This document shows, one piece after another, positions 62,001-64,000 of a stretch of 64,000 nt of DNA. This DNA comes from Halocafeteria seosinensis (taxonomy: Eukaryota), in assembly GCA_001687465.1 (NCBI GenBank), contig LVLI01000020.1, positions 62,001-126,000 of the forward strand. The letters run 5' to 3'. Positions within the stretch are counted from its first letter, which is position 1. Each line of letters begins with the position of its first letter. The notes below the pieces were generated by a model. That model worked only from the letters and a program-made list of their open reading frames with translations. It did no database searches and was not told where the DNA came from. A program made the position numbers and the translations under genes.

Positions 62001-62513
62001 TTTTTTGTTTACATCCACAAGCCCAGCCCATCAACAACCTACTCGCTCTTGCAACGTGGTTTCCAAGGATTGTATCCGGTATTCATTGATTTCGTGTAGT
62101 TCTTTCTCCTTTTGCACTATTAACGACCGTAAAGTGTCCTTTTGGTTCCCACTTCCCGTCTCTCGACCACCACGGCCAGACGCAGACGAGCTCGTAGACC
62201 CTTGGTAGGGCTGCAATAAGTGACTCAACCCACTCGAAGTGGCCTCATAATGGTAAGAAGGAGCCTGAAAAGCCTGCTGAGACTGGGACGAGGTGCCCGG
62301 AGGGGAGACAGATCGATTTTCCTCCCTGCCGGGGCCTATTTCGTCCCTCCAATGGCGTCCTGAAGGCACAGAGGAGGTGGGACTTGATCTCTGTCTCCCT
62401 GTGAGGGGTGTAGAATGTGTATGGGAGCCGTAATAGGGGTCTGATGGAGCAGTTTGGTCCTCGCCCCCCTCCGCCTCCTGTCTTCGAGGAGGCGTATTGG
62501 CTGATACAGACAT
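59091..62513 (-). CDS. CCDC57: Centrosomal coiled-coil protein CCDC57-like (multi-exon)
   Basis: 'LIVQKEKEL', spliced 'DFRYNLQLIEERDKELD', 'N..L......REII.EMR', 'ERDQLLDLSN.LR', terminal 'V.NYN'. Confidence 0.75.
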
Positions 62514-63674
62514 CGTTTGGCTATACCAATACCCACATTTTCATATTTAGAGTGTAATGCACCTACTATGAGCAAAGAAACAATATCCATCGATGGACCA
62601 TGAATAACGGGAGCATCAAAAATGACCGTTAACTCGACTCGAGTTGGTTGTTTGAATTGGTGAATGAACTCAACTTAATTCATTCATGCGTTCATTCATT
62701 CAGCAAGATGGAAGGTACGTAAGCTATACCGCGGGGGGTAATTGTAACACTGATGCGCAGAGTGACCTCCCATACTGTATATACCATATGGTTATGGGCG
62801 TCTTACTGTATTTGAATCTACTGTACGGTCCACGGAGGCATCAGGCATGTTGTGCCCTGTACATACAAGACAGTATGTCTATTAGGATGCAATGCACAAA
62901 GTGGACAATATTGAGAAAAAGGTGCAATTCCAGTCCACTGAGTTCACTGGACACAACTCTCGAGTCTCGGAGGGGGGAGTCGGGACTCGGGAAAGGTTCC
63001 CAGAGGTTCCGATTCGAACTTCCCCCGTGTGTGGGACCCGATGGGTACAGACTGTACAGTGTACAGCACTGTGTCCAGTAGAGTTCGATTCCTTACGAAG
63101 GATTGGCTCGGAGGAAGAGTTGTAACTGTTTACATACTTCTGCTTGTGCAGAACGCACCGCCGAGGTGGTGGATCAAGGCGTCGTTATTGTCCCGAGTAA
63201 ATTTCTGAGGGAAAGGAGATTTTCGGAATTCGGAATTTCCCGACGGTTATCCACGATCAACAACGGAGAAGCATTGGTCGTAAGTACATATCGATATAAC
63301 AAATCGCAAACTAACTGTATTTGATTCCGTGTCTCCCTACCATCATCTGTTCGGCTGATTCGGGAAGATGAGGTTGTGTGTTTTCCTTGTTCACCGAAGG
63401 TTCCGATGGGCTACCTAACAACGCAACTGCATTCCAGTTGAATCCTACCCCACTGTATACCGTAACTCCCGGTACGAGAAATGTTAATTTTCATGCTGTA
63501 CATCAGTGATTTTACCAGGGACCCATTTTGATTCCAGAAATATGGAGTATATTGCACATCCAATTATCCTACTACGGTACCCTAAAAAGACAAATGCCTA
63601 TACCCAAAAGATGCATATCAAACAGAGGCAGCTTTGGTGGGATACACTGCGTTCAAGTCTTGTCTAGACGGTGA

Positions 63675-64000
63675 TGCCGGGCTGTCTACGAACGGGCTTG
63701 TCCCCCGCATAATTCCCGGTCTCGACCTAACCCGGTAGCTTTCGTTTCGCATCGGACCGAGAAAATCTCAACGGAGGAAGCTGACCCCGACGATACCAAA
63801 GAACAGACGGGAGATTTGCAGGAGCAAGTAAAGGAAGTAACACGACAATGGAAGGTATCAGCACAAATGACTTCGAAACTTTGGTCAATGGAAGGGCGAC
63901 TTGGACAGCTGGAGAGACACAGATCGACGGAGCTAGAAGAAATTTCGACTCGACTCAAGTTAGACGGACCGTCGTCAAAGCAAGTCGAGGAGCTTGACCA
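63675..64000 (+). other. Open frame running off the window end (coiled-coil-like, start unresolved)
   Basis: Stop-free frame 'CRAVYERAC...DLQEQVKEVTRQWK...LEEISTRLKLD'; preceded in frame by a TGA. Confidence 0.3.

Overview
This is compact eukaryotic nuclear DNA, probably from a flagellated protist (stramenopile-like; the taxon is an inference). Genes are tightly packed and carry short (~50-80 nt) GT-AG introns. Most of the window is housekeeping genes: MRS2 with a C-terminal EF-hand, TCAIM/DUF4460, SRD5A1/DET2-like, WDR6, GLE1, WDR5, a TrmN6-like methyltransferase, a CYTH-like protein, an ankyrin protein, a cupin, PIF1, YJU2, CDC73, ODAD3/CCDC151-like, SF3A1, NUP62, a TPR-cNMP protein and CCDC57. 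Three accessory zones stand out. (1) A tandem triplet of GT-C-like multi-pass membrane proteins with 0, 1 and 2 introns, next to a steroid reductase and an acyltransferase-3-like gene. (2) An intronless fusion of a nucleotide-sugar epimerase with two GT-A glycosyltransferase domains, beside a decayed segment. (3) A ~7 kb island (48.2-55.3 kb) with a TIR-bounded element, repeats, a Crinkler-like tail fragment, and a bacterial-type AAA-ATPase + PD-(D/E)XK nuclease gene. Once its two small 5' introns are spliced, that gene gains an N-terminus resembling a mitochondrial presequence, and its stop codon lies inside a 41-bp inverted repeat. No rRNA, tRNA or CRISPR array was recognised. All family assignments come from motif recognition by eye, not from database searches.
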